DNA of 64,000 nt from an uncultured Nitrospiraceae bacterium (lineage in GTDB: Bacteria > Nitrospirota > Nitrospiria > Nitrospirales > Nitrospiraceae): contig CAWJWJ010000002.1 in the NCBI GenBank assembly GCA_963846575.1, positions 576,001 to 640,000 on the forward strand. Direction: 5' to 3'. The notes beneath the pieces were generated by a model that saw only the letters and a program-made list of their open reading frames with translations, was not told where the DNA came from and searched no databases. Of the stretch, positions 1 to 11,928 are shown in pieces; the first letter of the stretch is position 1, and every line of letters begins with the position of its first letter. The translations under genes and the position numbers were made by a program.

Positions 1-119
1 CCGAGCGGGCGAAGGCAGCCAATGTATCAATGGTGGTGTTTGATCGCGGGGGGAGACAATATCACGGACGGGTCAAGGCTCTGGCCGAGGCGTCACGTGA
101 AGGGGGTCTCCAGTTTTAA
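1..119 (+). CDS. rplR: 50S ribosomal protein L18, C-terminal part (truncated by window edge)
   Basis: Manual translation ...[38 protein letters not shown] matches the L18 C-terminus; lies directly upstream of rpsE. Confidence 0.95.
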   Translation, partial: ERAKAANVSMVVFDRGGRQYHGRVKALAEASREGGLQF

Positions 120-201
120 GTCACGCCCGTTCCGCGCCCGCGTGTCTGTTGCCTGCAGTAGGCAATAGGCCTAACCAGACGACTTAGAGGAGAATGACGT
201 T

Positions 202-705
202 GTGCGAGTCAATCCCGAAGAATTGAGTCTTAAGGACAAGGTGGTGTTCATCAACCGCGTCGCTAAGGTCGTAAAGGGCGGCAAACGGTTTAACTTTTGC
301 GCTTTGGTCGTTGTGGGCGATGGGCAAGGATATGTCGGAATCGGGAAGGGGAAGGCTGCCGAGGTTCCCGTCGCGATTTCCAAGGCGGTCGAACAGGCCA
401 AAAAACATCTGGTCCGAGTTCCCATCAAGGGGGGAACAATACCACACGAAGTACACGGACTGTTCGGTGCGGAGCATGTCCTGCTGAAACCCGCCGCAGA
501 CGGGACGGGAATTATTGCCGGTGGTGCGGTCCGTGCGGTGGTGGAATTGGCTGGCGCGCATAACATCATTGCCAAAACGTTGGGCCGCGGTAATCCATTC
601 AATACTGTCAGAGCTACTCTTAACGGGCTCCAGCAGCTACGCGATCCGCAGGAAGTCATGCGGCTGCGCAGAAGTCCTGGAGTCGAAGCGCAGGTACAGA
701 TCTAA
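202..705 (+). CDS. rpsE: 30S ribosomal protein S5
   Basis: [16 protein letters not shown]...GTGIIAGG motifs; spc operon order. Confidence 0.98.
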   Translation: MRVNPEELSLKDKVVFINRVAKVVKGGKRFNFCALVVVGDGQGYVGIGKGKAAEVPVAISKAVEQAKKHLVRVPIKGGTIPHEVHGLFGAEHVLLKPAADGTGIIAGGAVRAVVELAGAHNIIAKTLGRGNPFNTVRATLNGLQQLRDPQEVMRLRRSPGVEAQVQI

Positions 706-914
706 TGGCTACTGATAAAAAATCCAACGCTGGTGCATCGACTTTCAAGATTACGCTGAAGCGGAGTCCGATCGGGACTCCCTATAAACACAGATTGGTC
801 CTCAGAGGATTAGGTCTTCGCAAAATGCATGCGACCGTGGTTCGGCCTGCGAGTGATCAAGTAAAAGGTATGATTGCCAAGGTTGGTTATTTACTGGAAG
901 TGAGTCCGCAATGA
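705..914 (+). CDS. rpmD: 50S ribosomal protein L30
   Basis: [10 protein letters not shown]...LGLRK...GMIAKV; between rpsE and rplO. Confidence 0.95.
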   Translation: MATDKKSNAGASTFKITLKRSPIGTPYKHRLVLRGLGLRKMHATVVRPASDQVKGMIAKVGYLLEVSPQ

Positions 915-1360
915 AGTTACATGATCTTGCTCCGTCTAAGGGAGCTAAACACAAGCGGAAACGAATCGGCCGTGGTCCTGGATCGGGTCACGGAAAAACT
1001 GCTACGAAGGGTCATAAAGGGCTTAAGGCCCGCTCTGGCGGTGGAAAGCGACCTGGCTTCGAGGGCGGTCAGATGCCCCTGGTTCGGAGAGTCCCGAAGT
1101 ATGGTTTCGTGAACCAGTTTCGTACCGAGTATACGATTGTGAATTTGAAGAGCCTGGTCGATCTGGAGACGACAGAAGCCATTACGCCCCAACTGTTGAT
1201 GAACGAAGGCCTTGTGCGACGAAAGGGACAGCTGATTAAGATCCTTGCCCAGGGAGAGGTCACGAGACCCCTAGTGGTCCAGGCTCACAAGTTCAGCAAG
1301 TCGGCTGAGGCGAAGATTCAGGCAGCTGGGGGGAGGGCTGAGGTTATTCGCAGTGTTTGA
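911..1360 (+). CDS. rplO: 50S ribosomal protein L15
   Basis: [13 protein letters not shown]...GFEGGQMPL motif. Confidence 0.98.
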   Translation: MKLHDLAPSKGAKHKRKRIGRGPGSGHGKTATKGHKGLKARSGGGKRPGFEGGQMPLVRRVPKYGFVNQFRTEYTIVNLKSLVDLETTEAITPQLLMNEGLVRRKGQLIKILAQGEVTRPLVVQAHKFSKSAEAKIQAAGGRAEVIRSV

Positions 1361-2666
1361 GCGTCTCCTCACGAGTTTTCAGAACATCTTCAAGATCCCG
1401 GAGTTGCGCACCCGTGTGTTGTTTACACTCGGGATGCTTGTCGTCTATCGCGTTGGCGCGCATATTCCAACTCCGGGGATCAACGGTGAAGCCCTATCTG
1501 AGTTCCTGCAAAAGCAGGGCGGGGCCCTGCTCGGATTTTTGGACATCTTTTCAGGGGGATCACTATCACGGCTGACGATTTTTGCGCTCGGCATTATGCC
1601 TTATATCAGCGCATCGATCATTCTCCAGCTGTTGACTGTGGTGATACCGCACCTGTCAAAGTTGGCCAAAGAGGGAGAACGTGGCAGAAAAAAGATTATT
1701 CAGTATACCCGTTTCGGGACAATTGTCATTGCCTTGATTCAAGGGTTCGGGATTGCCGTGGGACTCGAACAAATGAATCAGGGTGCTTTTGTGCTCAGTC
1801 CAGGCTGGAGTTTCCGGTTCATGACGGTCATTACCCTCTGTGCAGGAACCGGCTTCCTCATGTGGCTGGGTGAGCAGATCACCGAACGCGGCATCGGAAA
1901 TGGAATATCCCTGATCATATTCGCGGGCATTGTGGCGCGATTGCCGGCGGCTGTGGCCCAGACCTTTGATTTGTACAAAGTGGGTCAGCTGAGTTTCCCG
2001 CTCCTAGTAGTTCTGACTCTGGTGATGTTTGCTGTGGTGGCCGCAATCGTTTTTCTGGAAAGCGGAAGAAGAAAAGTCCCTGTCCAATATGCGAAGCGTG
2101 TCATTGGACGGCGGGTATACGGCGGTCAAAGCACCCATATTCCGCTTAAGATCAACACGGCGGGAGTCATTCCACCTATTTTCGCATCATCGATCATTGC
2201 ATTTCCGGCTACGATTGCGGGGTTCTTTGAAACCCCGTGGATCAAGGAATTTGGAACCCAACTAGCCCCGGGCTCGCTTCTGTATACATTGATGTATGTT
2301 GGTCTCATAGTCTTCTTCTGTTTCTTTTATACCGCTGTGGTTATGAATCCCGTGGATATGGCGGACAATCTGAAAAAATATGGTGGATTTGTACCAGGGA
2401 TTCGTCCCGGCCAGCGGACCTCCGATTATATTTACTCCGTGCTTACGAAAATCACGTTCGCCGGAGCAATTTACCTGGCCATAGTGTGCGTTATTCCTGA
2501 GTTTCTCATCTACAAGCTGAATATGCCATTTTACTTCGGTGGGACATCTCTCTTGATCGTCATTGGCGTGGGATTGGACACAGCCCAGCAAATTGAGTCG
2601 CATCTCCTGAACCGCAATTATGACGGCTTCCTACAAAAGGGAAAACTTCGTGGCAGAACCACGTAA
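1353..2666 (+). CDS. secY: Preprotein translocase subunit SecY
   Basis: [40 protein letters not shown] motifs. Confidence 0.99.
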   Translation: MFERLLTSFQNIFKIPELRTRVLFTLGMLVVYRVGAHIPTPGINGEALSEFLQKQGGALLGFLDIFSGGSLSRLTIFALGIMPYISASIILQLLTVVIPHLSKLAKEGERGRKKIIQYTRFGTIVIALIQGFGIAVGLEQMNQGAFVLSPGWSFRFMTVITLCAGTGFLMWLGEQITERGIGNGISLIIFAGIVARLPAAVAQTFDLYKVGQLSFPLLVVLTLVMFAVVAAIVFLESGRRKVPVQYAKRVIGRRVYGGQSTHIPLKINTAGVIPPIFASSIIAFPATIAGFFETPWIKEFGTQLAPGSLLYTLMYVGLIVFFCFFYTAVVMNPVDMADNLKKYGGFVPGIRPGQRTSDYIYSVLTKITFAGAIYLAIVCVIPEFLIYKLNMPFYFGGTSLLIVIGVGLDTAQQIESHLLNRNYDGFLQKGKLRGRTT

Positions 2667-2675
2667 GGCATTGTG

Positions 2676-3332
2676 ATGCGACTTGTTTTTTTGGGAGCCC
2701 CAGGGGTCGGGAAGGGAACTCAAGCAGATCGGGTAACCGATCAGTTTGGTTGGCCGAAGGTTTCTACAGGGGATCTCCTGCGGGAGGCAGTCAGGAGTCA
2801 AACCACCTTGGGGATCGAAGCGAAAAAATTTATGGACGTCGGTAAGCTTGTACCTGACACCGTGGTCATAAATATGGTGCGCGAGAAGTTAGGGGATCCT
2901 CTGTGCAAGAATGGCTTTATTTTAGACGGTTTTCCCAGAACCGTAGCGCAAGCTGAAGAGTTGAATGGCATGCTTGGCACGAGCAATCGATCGCTTGATC
3001 GCGTCATTAATTTTACCGTGTCGCGTCAGGATATCGTCGCGCGGTTGAGTGGCCGACGCAGTTGTCCAAAGTGCCAAAGTATCTTCCACACAAGCTTCGC
3101 GCCTCCCAAAATAGCGGATCGGTGTGATCGATGCGGTGATGGATTGGTCCAGCGAAACGACGATAAGCCAGAAACGATCGAGGCCCGGTTGAAAGTGTAT
3201 GAGGAGCAGACGGCTCCCCTCATTGCGTATTACCAAGGGAAACAGATCCTGAGCCATTTAGATGGCTCAGGTGATATGGGGCATGTTTACGATAGGTTAG
3301 TGACCGTCCTCCGCGGGCTCGGGGCCGCATGA
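2676..3332 (+). CDS. adk: Adenylate kinase (Zn-lid type)
   Basis: GAPGVGKGTQ P-loop, GFILDGFPR, lid with CPKC/CDRC. Confidence 0.97.
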   Translation: MRLVFLGAPGVGKGTQADRVTDQFGWPKVSTGDLLREAVRSQTTLGIEAKKFMDVGKLVPDTVVINMVREKLGDPLCKNGFILDGFPRTVAQAEELNGMLGTSNRSLDRVINFTVSRQDIVARLSGRRSCPKCQSIFHTSFAPPKIADRCDRCGDGLVQRNDDKPETIEARLKVYEEQTAPLIAYYQGKQILSHLDGSGDMGHVYDRLVTVLRGLGAA

Positions 3333-4084
3333 TCGTGTTCAAAACGCCTGACGAAGTTGCGTTAATGGCGCAGGCATCTCGGGTGGTCGCCGAAGTGTTG
3401 GAATTATTGAAAACGAAGGTGGCACCTGGTATTACCACCGACGATCTTGATCGCATGGCGGAAGAGGCCATTCGTGAGCGAGGCGCGATCCCTGCGTTCA
3501 AGGGTTATAGAAACTATCCCAAGACACTTTGTGCATCAGTGAACGAACAGGTTGTCCATGGCATCCCGTCCAAGCGCCGCCTGAAAGACGGGGATATTAT
3601 CGGTTTAGATCTTGGCGCAATTGTCTCCGGCTTCTACGGCGATTCGGCAGTAACTGTTCCGGTCGGAGCTGTAAGTAACGACGCCAGACGTCTCATTCAG
3701 GTGACTGAGGACTCTCTGTACCAAGGTATCGCTCAGGCCGTGGTTGGGAATAGATTGTCGGATGTTTCCCATGCGGTTCAACGTCATGTGGAAGCAGCTG
3801 GTTTTACCGTCGTCACCGAATTCGTAGGCCATGGTATCGGGAGGCAGCTCCACGAGGAACCTCAAGTGCCGAACTATGGGCGGCCTGGTCAAGGCCCGCG
3901 GTTACAGGTTGGGATGGTATTGGCCATTGAGCCAATGGTGAACATGGGTGGTAGCGCAATCAGGATTCTTGAGGATCGCTGGACGGCTGTGACCCAGGAT
4001 GGCTGCTGGTCGGCTCACTTCGAGCATACCATCGCCATTCAGCCGAGTGGGCCGGCTAGGATTCTCTCGCAGTTATCACATTAA
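3329..4084 (+). CDS. map: Type I methionine aminopeptidase
   Basis: SVNEQVVHGIP, GHGIG...HEEP, AIEPM, SAHFEHT motifs. Confidence 0.97.
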   Translation: MIVFKTPDEVALMAQASRVVAEVLELLKTKVAPGITTDDLDRMAEEAIRERGAIPAFKGYRNYPKTLCASVNEQVVHGIPSKRRLKDGDIIGLDLGAIVSGFYGDSAVTVPVGAVSNDARRLIQVTEDSLYQGIAQAVVGNRLSDVSHAVQRHVEAAGFTVVTEFVGHGIGRQLHEEPQVPNYGRPGQGPRLQVGMVLAIEPMVNMGGSAIRILEDRWTAVTQDGCWSAHFEHTIAIQPSGPARILSQLSH

Positions 4085-4105
4085 GAGGGGGAGGCGTACC
4101 GATAC

Positions 4106-4324
4106 GTGCCAAAAGAAGACGTTATAGAAGTGACCGGCACGGTGGCTGAAACACTCCCGAACGCGATGTTTCGCGTTGAATTAGACCATGGGCACAGGAT
4201 TTTAGCGCACATCTCTGGGAAAATGCGGATGCATTTCATTCGGATTCTACCCGGCGATAAGGTGACAGTCCAATTGTCTCCCTATGATCTGACAAGAGGC
4301 CGTATCACCTATCGATTCAAGTAG
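4106..4324 (+). CDS. infA: Translation initiation factor IF-1
   Basis: LPNAMFRV...AHISGKMR...[10 protein letters not shown]. Confidence 0.98.
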   Translation: MPKEDVIEVTGTVAETLPNAMFRVELDHGHRILAHISGKMRMHFIRILPGDKVTVQLSPYDLTRGRITYRFK

Positions 4325-4342
4325 TGGAGAAATGGAACTGCT

Positions 4343-4456
4343 ATGAAGGTCAAGTCGTCAGTAAAGCCGATTTGTGCAAAATGTAAAGTCGTCCGCAGGC
4401 GAGGGGTCGTGCGGGTGTTGTGTGCAAATCCCCGTCACAAGCAGCGGCAAGGTTAA
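4343..4456 (+). CDS. rpmJ: 50S ribosomal protein L36 (Zn-binding form; absent from ORF track)
   Basis: Manual translation [37 protein letters not shown]. Confidence 0.97.
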   Translation: MKVKSSVKPICAKCKVVRRRGVVRVLCANPRHKQRQG

Positions 4457-4547
4457 CTGATCGGTGGCCCGCTGATATCGGACCACTGTCGCAGAGGCCC
4501 TTCATGACGGCCCCCAATGGGATGAAGGGACAGAATTAGAGGGAATT

Positions 4548-4937
4548 ATGGCACGTATCGCAGGTGTGGATTTGCCAAAAGACAAACGGATTGATATCGG
4601 CCTGACCTATGTATTTGGGATTGGTCGTGCGGCTGCTCAAGCCATTCTGAAGAAAGCAGGGGTCGATGGCTCAATCCGTGTCAAGGACGTCAGCGAAGAC
4701 AAGATCGTCAAAATGCGCGAAGTTATCGAGCGTGACTATCGAGTCGAGGGCGATCTGCGAAAAGAAGTATCGATGAACATCAAGCGACTTGTAGATACCG
4801 GAACATTTCGTGGTCTCCGGCATCGAAAGGGTTTGCCCGTTCGCGGACAGCGGACCAAAACAAACGCGCGAACTCGCAAAGGGAGACGCTCGGGTGTGGG
4901 TAGCAAACCGCAGAAGCCCGCTGGTGCAAGAGGATAA
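4548..4937 (+). CDS. rpsM: 30S ribosomal protein S13
   Basis: [10 protein letters not shown]...[25 protein letters not shown]. Confidence 0.99.
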   Translation: MARIAGVDLPKDKRIDIGLTYVFGIGRAAAQAILKKAGVDGSIRVKDVSEDKIVKMREVIERDYRVEGDLRKEVSMNIKRLVDTGTFRGLRHRKGLPVRGQRTKTNARTRKGRRSGVGSKPQKPAGARG

Positions 4938-4978
4938 GAGGCCAGACCGAGCAGGCGCGATGCGCTGAGGGAGATTCT

Positions 4979-5362
4979 ATGAGTGTGAAGAAGGGCAAGA
5001 AGAAGGAACGTAAGATCGTCCAGAGTGGCGTGGCTCACGTACAGGCATCGTTTAACAACACGATCGTGACCATCACCGATATGAGCGGCAATACCGTGGT
5101 TTGGGCCAGCTCTGGCAATCAAGGCTTTAAGGGGTCACGCAAGAGCACTCCATTCGCGGCCCAGCGGGCCGGCGAGGCCGCCGCAAGGAAGGCAATGGAG
5201 AACGGTATGCGGCAGGTGGATGTGTATGTCAATGGGCCTGGAGCTGGGCGAGAATCCGCCATTCGTTCCCTACAAAGTGCTGGATTACGAATCAATCTGA
5301 TTCGAGACGTGACGCCCATACCACATAACGGGTGTCGCCCGCCAAAACGACGACGTGTGTAA
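4979..5362 (+). CDS. rpsK: 30S ribosomal protein S11
   Basis: [12 protein letters not shown]...[18 protein letters not shown]. Confidence 0.99.
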   Translation: MSVKKGKKKERKIVQSGVAHVQASFNNTIVTITDMSGNTVVWASSGNQGFKGSRKSTPFAAQRAGEAAARKAMENGMRQVDVYVNGPGAGRESAIRSLQSAGLRINLIRDVTPIPHNGCRPPKRRRV

Positions 5363-5430
5363 CGTCGTTCGGACATTGTTGCAACTGGTAATCGCTGATT
5401 GAGTCGTTGAGGTAGAGGAGGGGTAGGAGC

Positions 5431-6057
5431 GTGGCAAAATATAGTGGACCTGTCTGCCGGTTGTGTCGGAGAGAGGGCGAGAAGCTCTTCTTGAAAGGGT
5501 CTCGTTGCATGACCGAGAAGTGCGCTATCGAGCGCCGGAGTTATCCCCCGGGGCAGCACGGTCAGGCTCGTCAGCGAACCTCGGATTACAGCTTGCAGTT
5601 ACGCGAGAAGCAAAAGCTGAAGAGAATCTATGGCTTACAAGAGTGTCAGTTCCGGGGCATTTTTGAGCGGGCTGAGCGCCAAACTGGGGTGACAGGCGAT
5701 ACCCTGCTTCGACTGTTGGAATGCCGCTTAGACAATGTCGTCTACCGGCTCGGCTTCGGAGCCTCACGCAAGGAGGCCCGTCAGTTGATCAATCATGGTC
5801 ACATGATGATTAACGGCCGTAAGGTCAAGGCACCAGGGGCGCTGGTCAAGACAGGCGATTCGATCGAAGTACGGCAAAAGAGCCGGGAGATGCTTCCCAT
5901 TCAGGGGGCGCTCGCGGCGGTCGACGGGCGCGGTATTCCAGAATGGCTCGAATTGGATCGAGGGGCCTTCAAGGGCACGATCCGCTCACTGCCAACCAAG
6001 GATCATATTGTTCTGCCGGTGAATGAACAAATGGTCGTTGAATTATACTCGCGCTAA
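5431..6057 (+). CDS. rpsD: 30S ribosomal protein S4
   Basis: CRLCRREG...QLREKQK...RLDNVVYRLG...VVELYSR. Confidence 0.99.
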   Translation: MAKYSGPVCRLCRREGEKLFLKGSRCMTEKCAIERRSYPPGQHGQARQRTSDYSLQLREKQKLKRIYGLQECQFRGIFERAERQTGVTGDTLLRLLECRLDNVVYRLGFGASRKEARQLINHGHMMINGRKVKAPGALVKTGDSIEVRQKSREMLPIQGALAAVDGRGIPEWLELDRGAFKGTIRSLPTKDHIVLPVNEQMVVELYSR

Positions 6058-6139
6058 GCGATCCTGGCTGAGCCCGGTAGTTGTGCTCTGCCAAGGCTGA
6101 ACGATAGATGGGCTCACACGAGTTAATGAAGGGGGAGTC

Positions 6140-7141
6140 ATGATTAAAGCGATGAAAGACTTTCAGATCCCCATGCGGGTGGAAGTCGACAAGGACACTC
6201 TTTCCCCGACATTCGGTAGATTTACGACTGAGGCATTCGAGCGAGGATTCGGCACCACGGTTGGGAACTCGCTGCGCCGTGTGTTGTTATCTTCCCTGAC
6301 AGGGGCTGCAGTGACGACCGTCAAGATCGAAGGAGTCCTGCACGAATTCTCCACGATTCCTGGCGTGACAGAAGATGTGACGTCGATCATATTGAATGTG
6401 AAGAGCCTTCGGTTGGCCTTGCAAGGCGACAAGCCAAAGACCATTCGCCTCAAGAAGAAAGGGCCAGGAGAGGCGAAGGGCTCGGATATAACTCATGACG
6501 GCGATGTGACCATTCTGACACCGGATTTGCATATCGCGACGCTTGACAAGGATGCCTCGCTGGATGTGGAAATGACCATCAAGCATGGTCGTGGATTTGT
6601 ACCCGCCGAACGAAACAAGGAAGAAGGTTTGCCCATCGGTGTAATTGCTGTGGACTCAATTTTCTCACCGATCAAACGAGTCAACTTTCATGTCGAAAAT
6701 GCCCGCGTGGGACGCATGACCGACTATGACAAGCTGACCCTTGAAATTTGGACCGACGGAACAATTTCTCCCCGCGATGCCTTGTCCAATGCCGCAGGCA
6801 TTCTCCGAGAGCATTTAGACATTTTCATCAATCCAGAAGAACGTTCGGATGCGAAGCCCGCCGTCGGCAGCGAAGATCTCTCCGATGAGGTCAACAAGAA
6901 TCTGTATCGTAGCGTGAACGAGTTGGAGCTATCGGTCCGTGCAGCCAACTGTCTTAAGAACGCCAATATCAAGACGATTGCGGACTTGGTGCAAAAAACA
7001 GAAGCCGAGATGTTGAAGACCAAGAATTTTGGAAAGAAATCCCTCAATGAAATCAAGGAAATCCTGACCGAAATGGGACTGAGCCTTGGAATGAAGGTCG
7101 ATGCCTTGCCGTCAGGCGACGCGGGCGTTCGGTCAGAATAA
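6140..7141 (+). CDS. rpoA: RNA polymerase subunit alpha
   Basis: [20 protein letters not shown], alpha-[14 protein letters not shown]. Confidence 0.99.
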   Translation: MIKAMKDFQIPMRVEVDKDTLSPTFGRFTTEAFERGFGTTVGNSLRRVLLSSLTGAAVTTVKIEGVLHEFSTIPGVTEDVTSIILNVKSLRLALQGDKPKTIRLKKKGPGEAKGSDITHDGDVTILTPDLHIATLDKDASLDVEMTIKHGRGFVPAERNKEEGLPIGVIAVDSIFSPIKRVNFHVENARVGRMTDYDKLTLEIWTDGTISPRDALSNAAGILREHLDIFINPEERSDAKPAVGSEDLSDEVNKNLYRSVNELELSVRAANCLKNANIKTIADLVQKTEAEMLKTKNFGKKSLNEIKEILTEMGLSLGMKVDALPSGDAGVRSE

Positions 7142-7156
7142 GAAAGGAACAGGACT

Positions 7157-7606
7157 GTGCGCCACAAAAAGAAGGGTCGACAGCTCGGACGTCAAACTAA
7201 ACATCGCTGGGCTCTGTTTCGGAGTCTCGTGACCTCTCTCCTGGAGCATGAGCGGATTGAAACGACCGAGGCGAAGGCGAAGGAAATTCGTGGCTTTACC
7301 GATCGCATGATTTCCTTGGGCAAAGATGGCAGTCTCCCGGCCCGCCGTCGTGCCCTGAGTTTCTTGCGCAGCAAGGCGGTGGTTTCCAAGCTGTTCAGTG
7401 ATGTTGCAGTTCGGTTTCGTGACCGGCCAGGTGGATACACGCGTATAATCCGCACCCGCCGTCGGGTGGGTGATGCGGCCGAAATGGTGGCAATGGAACT
7501 CGTTGCTCGACCAGCAGCCGCCGTGGCTTCGCCAGCATCCGGTGCAGCTGCCGCATCTCAACAGAAAGACACTTCTTCCCAGAGCTCTGCGCCTGCAGAG
7601 AGCTAG
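7157..7606 (+). CDS. rplQ: 50S ribosomal protein L17 with Ala/Ser-rich tail
   Basis: MRHKKKGRQLGR...TTEAKAKE...RPGGYTRI. Confidence 0.98.
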   Translation: MRHKKKGRQLGRQTKHRWALFRSLVTSLLEHERIETTEAKAKEIRGFTDRMISLGKDGSLPARRRALSFLRSKAVVSKLFSDVAVRFRDRPGGYTRIIRTRRRVGDAAEMVAMELVARPAAAVASPASGAAAASQQKDTSSQSSAPAES

Positions 7607-7612
7607 AGTTAT

Positions 7613-7649
7613 GACTGCCACGACGGCCTGTCTGGTCGTCGTGGCAGTC
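7613..7649 (+). terminator. Strong hairpin after rplQ (probable end of alpha operon; no U-tract)
   Basis: GACTGCCACGACGGCC-TGTCT-GGTCGTCGTGGCAGTC, 16-bp stem with one G-U pair. Confidence 0.55.
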
Positions 7650-7807
7650 CCGCCATTGGTTGCTTCGCCCTCCCTCATAAATCCTCGCATCGTCAATATT
7701 TTCATTCGTCCAATGTGCACCGGCAGGTTTACTTGGCCCAGGTGGAATGCTACTATCATGCCACCGTCTTTTGGCTGGGAAGCTTTATAAACTTACAGGC
7801 TTTTTGC

Positions 7808-8380
7808 ATGTGGGAACGTTGGTTTAGGCGGAGTCTTCTCGCCCTAAGTGTGCTTCTGGCGGCCTTTCTGGGGTACCTGCTCGTCACCCGATCCAATCCA
7901 AATTCTTCATCTAGGTCCGTGACAACAGTGGGGGCCGACTCGGCTGACGCGCAGATTCAGGACTTCACATACACCCAGACCAAAGGGGACATCGTTCAAT
8001 GGAAGGTGCAGGCAGACCAGGCTCGCCTGTTTGAGAAGGACAGCCGAGCGATTCTAAATAATGTTCAAGTCACGCTCTACGGAAGTCAGGGGCGAGAACT
8101 GACGCTCTCTGGTGATGAGGGGACGCTTGATACGCAAACGAAGAACTTCCAGCTCTCCAACCGCACGGACCCGATCGTGGTGGAAACACAAAGTGGGTAT
8201 ACCATTCAAACCAATCACCTTCAGTGGACGGATGCACGACACGAAATCCAAACCTCAGACCATGTCACCATCAACGGGCATGGATTACAAGTCACGGGCA
8301 TGGGGCTGCTCGGCAAAATGGATATTGAGGAATTTCAGGTGCTGGACGATGTTCGCGTGGATGTGGTGCCTGCTTCTTAA
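7808..8380 (+). CDS. lptC: LPS export periplasmic protein LptC
   Basis: N-terminal TM helix followed by a beta-jellyroll-like domain; upstream of lptA/lptB; start chosen at ATG 7808. Confidence 0.8.
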   Translation: MWERWFRRSLLALSVLLAAFLGYLLVTRSNPNSSSRSVTTVGADSADAQIQDFTYTQTKGDIVQWKVQADQARLFEKDSRAILNNVQVTLYGSQGRELTLSGDEGTLDTQTKNFQLSNRTDPIVVETQSGYTIQTNHLQWTDARHEIQTSDHVTINGHGLQVTGMGLLGKMDIEEFQVLDDVRVDVVPAS

Positions 8381-8951
8381 TGTCCTCGTGTGGCTAGCCG
8401 GCCCCCTCGCACATGCTGCCGAACCACGGATGCCAGCGCCCAGTGCCGAGCAGGTATCAACAAGAATTACGTCCCGGACAATGACCGTTAACAATCAGGA
8501 GAATACGGCGATCTTCGACGGATCAGTGGTACTAACGCGAGGGCCGCTCGTGGTGTATTCTGACCATATGGTGGTGACATTTCACGGCAATGCCAACAGT
8601 CCTGAGGCTCACACATCCCCTCACGCAGCCAAACCAGAACAGAGTCTTGGAGGGAATGCACCAGCGTCACGAGGACGCGAGGCCACACCTACGGTTTCCG
8701 ATCGCACTATTCGCATGCTCGAGGCTACCGGCCGAGTCAAGATTGAGAAAGAAGATGGACGTGCCACCTGCCGCAGGGCCATATACTATGAAGCAGACAA
8801 AAAAATTATCCTGACGGGTGATCCTGTGGCGTGGCAAAAGGGGACTCGTGTCTCGGGAAAGCGGATCATCATGTTTCTAGACGAAGATCGAAGTGTGGTA
8901 GAGGGCGACTCGCAGGTCATTATCGAAGGTGAAGGCGGAGCCCAGCGGTGA
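8349..8951 (+). CDS. lptA: LPS transport protein LptA (OstA-like)
   Basis: Signal peptide, [32 protein letters not shown] motifs; start approximate. Confidence 0.8.
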   Translation: MFAWMWCLLLNVLVWLAGPLAHAAEPRMPAPSAEQVSTRITSRTMTVNNQENTAIFDGSVVLTRGPLVVYSDHMVVTFHGNANSPEAHTSPHAAKPEQSLGGNAPASRGREATPTVSDRTIRMLEATGRVKIEKEDGRATCRRAIYYEADKKIILTGDPVAWQKGTRVSGKRIIMFLDEDRSVVEGDSQVIIEGEGGAQR

Positions 8952-9736
8952 GTGTCACATCCTCCAGATTCCAGACTCGGATTGACCCCGGTTCGGTTTC
9001 ACCTGATGTGACAGCAGATCGTCTGGCGGCGACGGGCCTGGTCAAGAGCTTTCGGAGCCGGAAGGTTGTCAAAGGCGTGTCGCTCGACGTACGGGCCGGC
9101 GAGGTGGTCGGTTTACTTGGGCCCAACGGGGCAGGGAAAACTACCATTTTCGATATGATGGTGGGACTTTGCCAGCCTGACGAAGGAGAGATTACTTTAA
9201 GCGGCGAAGATATTACCCAACTGCCCATGTATAAACGGGCTCGTCGCGGCATTGGTTATTTGCCCCAGGAATCATCGGTCTTTCGTCGTTTGTCGGTGGA
9301 ACATAATATCCTTGCGATTCTGGAGATGCTGGGCTATTCGAGAAGTGAGCGAATGGAGCGTGTGGAAGCATTGCTGAAGGAACTGGATCTCGCGCATATT
9401 CGCACCAGCAAAGCCTACGCCTTGTCCGGCGGAGAGCGGCGGCGGCTGGAGATTACGAGGGCACTAGCAACCAGTCCATTGTTCATGTTGCTGGACGAGC
9501 CCTTCGCCGGAATTGATCCCATTGCAGTCGCCGATATTCAGCAAATCATCATACGGTTGAAGCAGCGGAACATTGGCGTGTTGATCACCGATCACAATGT
9601 CAGGGAGACGCTCTCGATTACCGATCGAGCCTATATCATCAACGAGGGATTAATTTTGGAATCTGGTGCGCCCGGCGTCATCGAAAAAAGTGAAATGGCT
9701 AGGGCCGTCTATCTTGGAGAAGGATTCCGCCTTTAG
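8948..9736 (+). CDS. lptB: LPS export ABC transporter ATPase
   Basis: [45 protein letters not shown]. Confidence 0.96.
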   Translation: MSVTSSRFQTRIDPGSVSPDVTADRLAATGLVKSFRSRKVVKGVSLDVRAGEVVGLLGPNGAGKTTIFDMMVGLCQPDEGEITLSGEDITQLPMYKRARRGIGYLPQESSVFRRLSVEHNILAILEMLGYSRSERMERVEALLKELDLAHIRTSKAYALSGGERRRLEITRALATSPLFMLLDEPFAGIDPIAVADIQQIIIRLKQRNIGVLITDHNVRETLSITDRAYIINEGLILESGAPGVIEKSEMARAVYLGEGFRL

Positions 9737-9755
9737 CCGGTAGGAGCGAAGTGCC

Positions 9756-11273
9756 ATGAAGCTGCGACTGGACCTCAGACTCAGCCAGAAGCTCATTATG
9801 ACGCCGCAACTGCAGCAGGCGATCAAGTTGCTGCAGTTGTCTCGATTGGAGCTTCAGCAAAGTCTGCAGCAACACCTTCTGGAAAATCCATTACTGGATG
9901 AGTTGGTGACCGAGACTGAGGAGAACGAGGAAGCGGCCGCAGGCGATCGCGAGCAGTCAGAGACTCCGACCACCGCGACCAGTGAGACCAGCAGTGAAGG
10001 CGACGATAAGCCGACCGAAAGCGGGGAAAATGCCGAAGAGTTTTCGGCATCAAGCTGGGAAGACTATTTCGACACAGACATGCGTCGTGGTGAAACCGAA
10101 TACAGTTCCTCATCCAAGGAGGAATTTCCTTCCTATGAACAAACTGTCGCTAAGTTCACCTCGCTGGAGGACCACCTGGTCTGGCAGCTCTCTCTGTCCG
10201 GTCTGTCCGATCGAGAAAAGGCCGTCGGCCGTCTTATCATCGGTAATTTGGATGATGACGGGTATCTTCGGATGACTCTCGATGATCTGGTGTCGGGGAC
10301 GCCCTACTCCGTCGCGGAGGCGGAATCGGTACTGAAGGATGTCCAAGGGTTTGATCCTAACGGAGTAGGAGCAAGAGACCTGTCCGAATGCCTGCTCCTT
10401 CAACTGAAATTCTTAGGCCGGAGCCAGATCGGTTCCTTGGGATCGCGTCCCGGAGTGTTGAAAGGATCGGTGCTCGAAGCCATCGTGCTTCACCACTTGA
10501 AGGATCTCGAAAAGAAGCAGTACAGCCGAATAGCCAAGGCGCTGAATATTTCGATGGAAGACGTATTTCAGGCGACCCGGATCATCGAAGGCCTTGAGCC
10601 AAAACCAGGACGTCCCTTCTCGAATACGCAAAATTATGCCATTGTTCCGGATGTGTTCGTCGTCAAGAACGAAGGGGAGTGGGAGGTCTTGCTCAATGAC
10701 GACGGTCTTCCGCGCATGCGCATCAGCCCATACTACAAGCAGTTAATGTCTTCGGGTCAGTCGGGAGCAGCTGAAACCAAGGCGTATTTGGATGATAAGC
10801 TGCGTGCGGCTCAATGGGTGATCCGCAGCATTGAGCAACGGAATAAAACGATTGTGAAAGTGGTCTCAAGCATCGTGAAGTTTCAGGAAGGATTTTTCGA
10901 GCGCGGCATACAGTATTTGAAACCGTTGGTGCTCAAGCAAGTCGCTGAAGACATCGGTATGCATGAATCCACCATCAGTCGAGTGACCGCTAATAAGTAT
11001 ATGTATTGTCCGCAGGGGATGCTGGAGTTGAAATTTTTCTTCAACGCAGGGCTTCAGCGAGCTGATCAACCATTGGACATGTTGTCGTCCCTCACTGTCC
11101 GCGAAATGATTCGGAAGATGGTCGCAGCGGAAGACGCACGCAAGCCTCTGAAGGACGAGGAAATTGCCGCGAAGCTTCGCACGCAGCAGGTGTTGATTGC
11201 TCGGCGAACTGTCGCCAAATATCGCGCAGAGGACAATATTCCTTCAGCGACCCAACGAAAGCGCTTCTTTTAG
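9756..11273 (+). CDS. rpoN: RNA polymerase sigma-54 factor
   Basis: MTPQLQQAIKLLQL region I, HESTISR, RpoN box ARRTVAKYR. Confidence 0.98.
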   Translation: MKLRLDLRLSQKLIMTPQLQQAIKLLQLSRLELQQSLQQHLLENPLLDELVTETEENEEAAAGDREQSETPTTATSETSSEGDDKPTESGENAEEFSASSWEDYFDTDMRRGETEYSSSSKEEFPSYEQTVAKFTSLEDHLVWQLSLSGLSDREKAVGRLIIGNLDDDGYLRMTLDDLVSGTPYSVAEAESVLKDVQGFDPNGVGARDLSECLLLQLKFLGRSQIGSLGSRPGVLKGSVLEAIVLHHLKDLEKKQYSRIAKALNISMEDVFQATRIIEGLEPKPGRPFSNTQNYAIVPDVFVVKNEGEWEVLLNDDGLPRMRISPYYKQLMSSGQSGAAETKAYLDDKLRAAQWVIRSIEQRNKTIVKVVSSIVKFQEGFFERGIQYLKPLVLKQVAEDIGMHESTISRVTANKYMYCPQGMLELKFFFNAGLQRADQPLDMLSSLTVREMIRKMVAAEDARKPLKDEEIAAKLRTQQVLIARRTVAKYRAEDNIPSATQRKRFF

Positions 11274-11376
11274 TTAGGCATGTAACACACACGAATTAAT
11301 CTCGGCGTGGCAGCAACAATCGTCTCAACGAGCTCGAACGCCCGGAGGTGTTTGGAGCCCGAGAAATGAGGATGGC

Positions 11377-11928
11377 ATGCGATTGATGATCACGGGACGG
11401 CATGTAGCGGTTACTCCGGCGTTGCGGCAATATGTGGAAACCAGAATGGAGCGGCTCGATCGCTACGGCTTGAAACTGGGGACGCTGCAGATTCTGCTCA
11501 GCCTGGAAAAGTTTCATCATGTGGCCGAAGTCGTCGGGGTCGTCCAGGGGCGACGGCTTCAGGCAAAAACGTCCACCGAAGAAATGTATGCTTCGATTGA
11601 TGAGGTCGTGGATAAGCTTGGGGCGCAATTGCGAAAGGTGAAAGAACGGCGAGCGAATCACAAATTCGGCGATCAGTCGCGGGTGCGCGCTCTCGTGCAA
11701 CGGGTTCCACGTCAGGATCAGAGCGAAATTCAAGTCGTCCGTCCAACGCTTGAGACCATGAGTGTCGAGGATGCCGTAGCGGTCATTCAGGCCTCACAAC
11801 AAAGTGTGCTCATGTTCACCAACGCCCTGTCAGGCCATGTCCAAGTGATCCAGCGAATGCCTGATGGGAAAGTCTCTCTGATTGATCCGGCGCGCGGTCG
11901 TGCCCGCGCCTCCCATGGCCGCGCTTAA
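11377..11928 (+). CDS. hpf: Ribosome hibernation promoting factor (long HPF/RaiA)
   Basis: ITGRHVAVTPALRQYV...MYASID...QLRKVKER plus C-terminal domain; follows rpoN. Confidence 0.88.
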   Translation: MRLMITGRHVAVTPALRQYVETRMERLDRYGLKLGTLQILLSLEKFHHVAEVVGVVQGRRLQAKTSTEEMYASIDEVVDKLGAQLRKVKERRANHKFGDQSRVRALVQRVPRQDQSEIQVVRPTLETMSVEDAVAVIQASQQSVLMFTNALSGHVQVIQRMPDGKVSLIDPARGRARASHGRA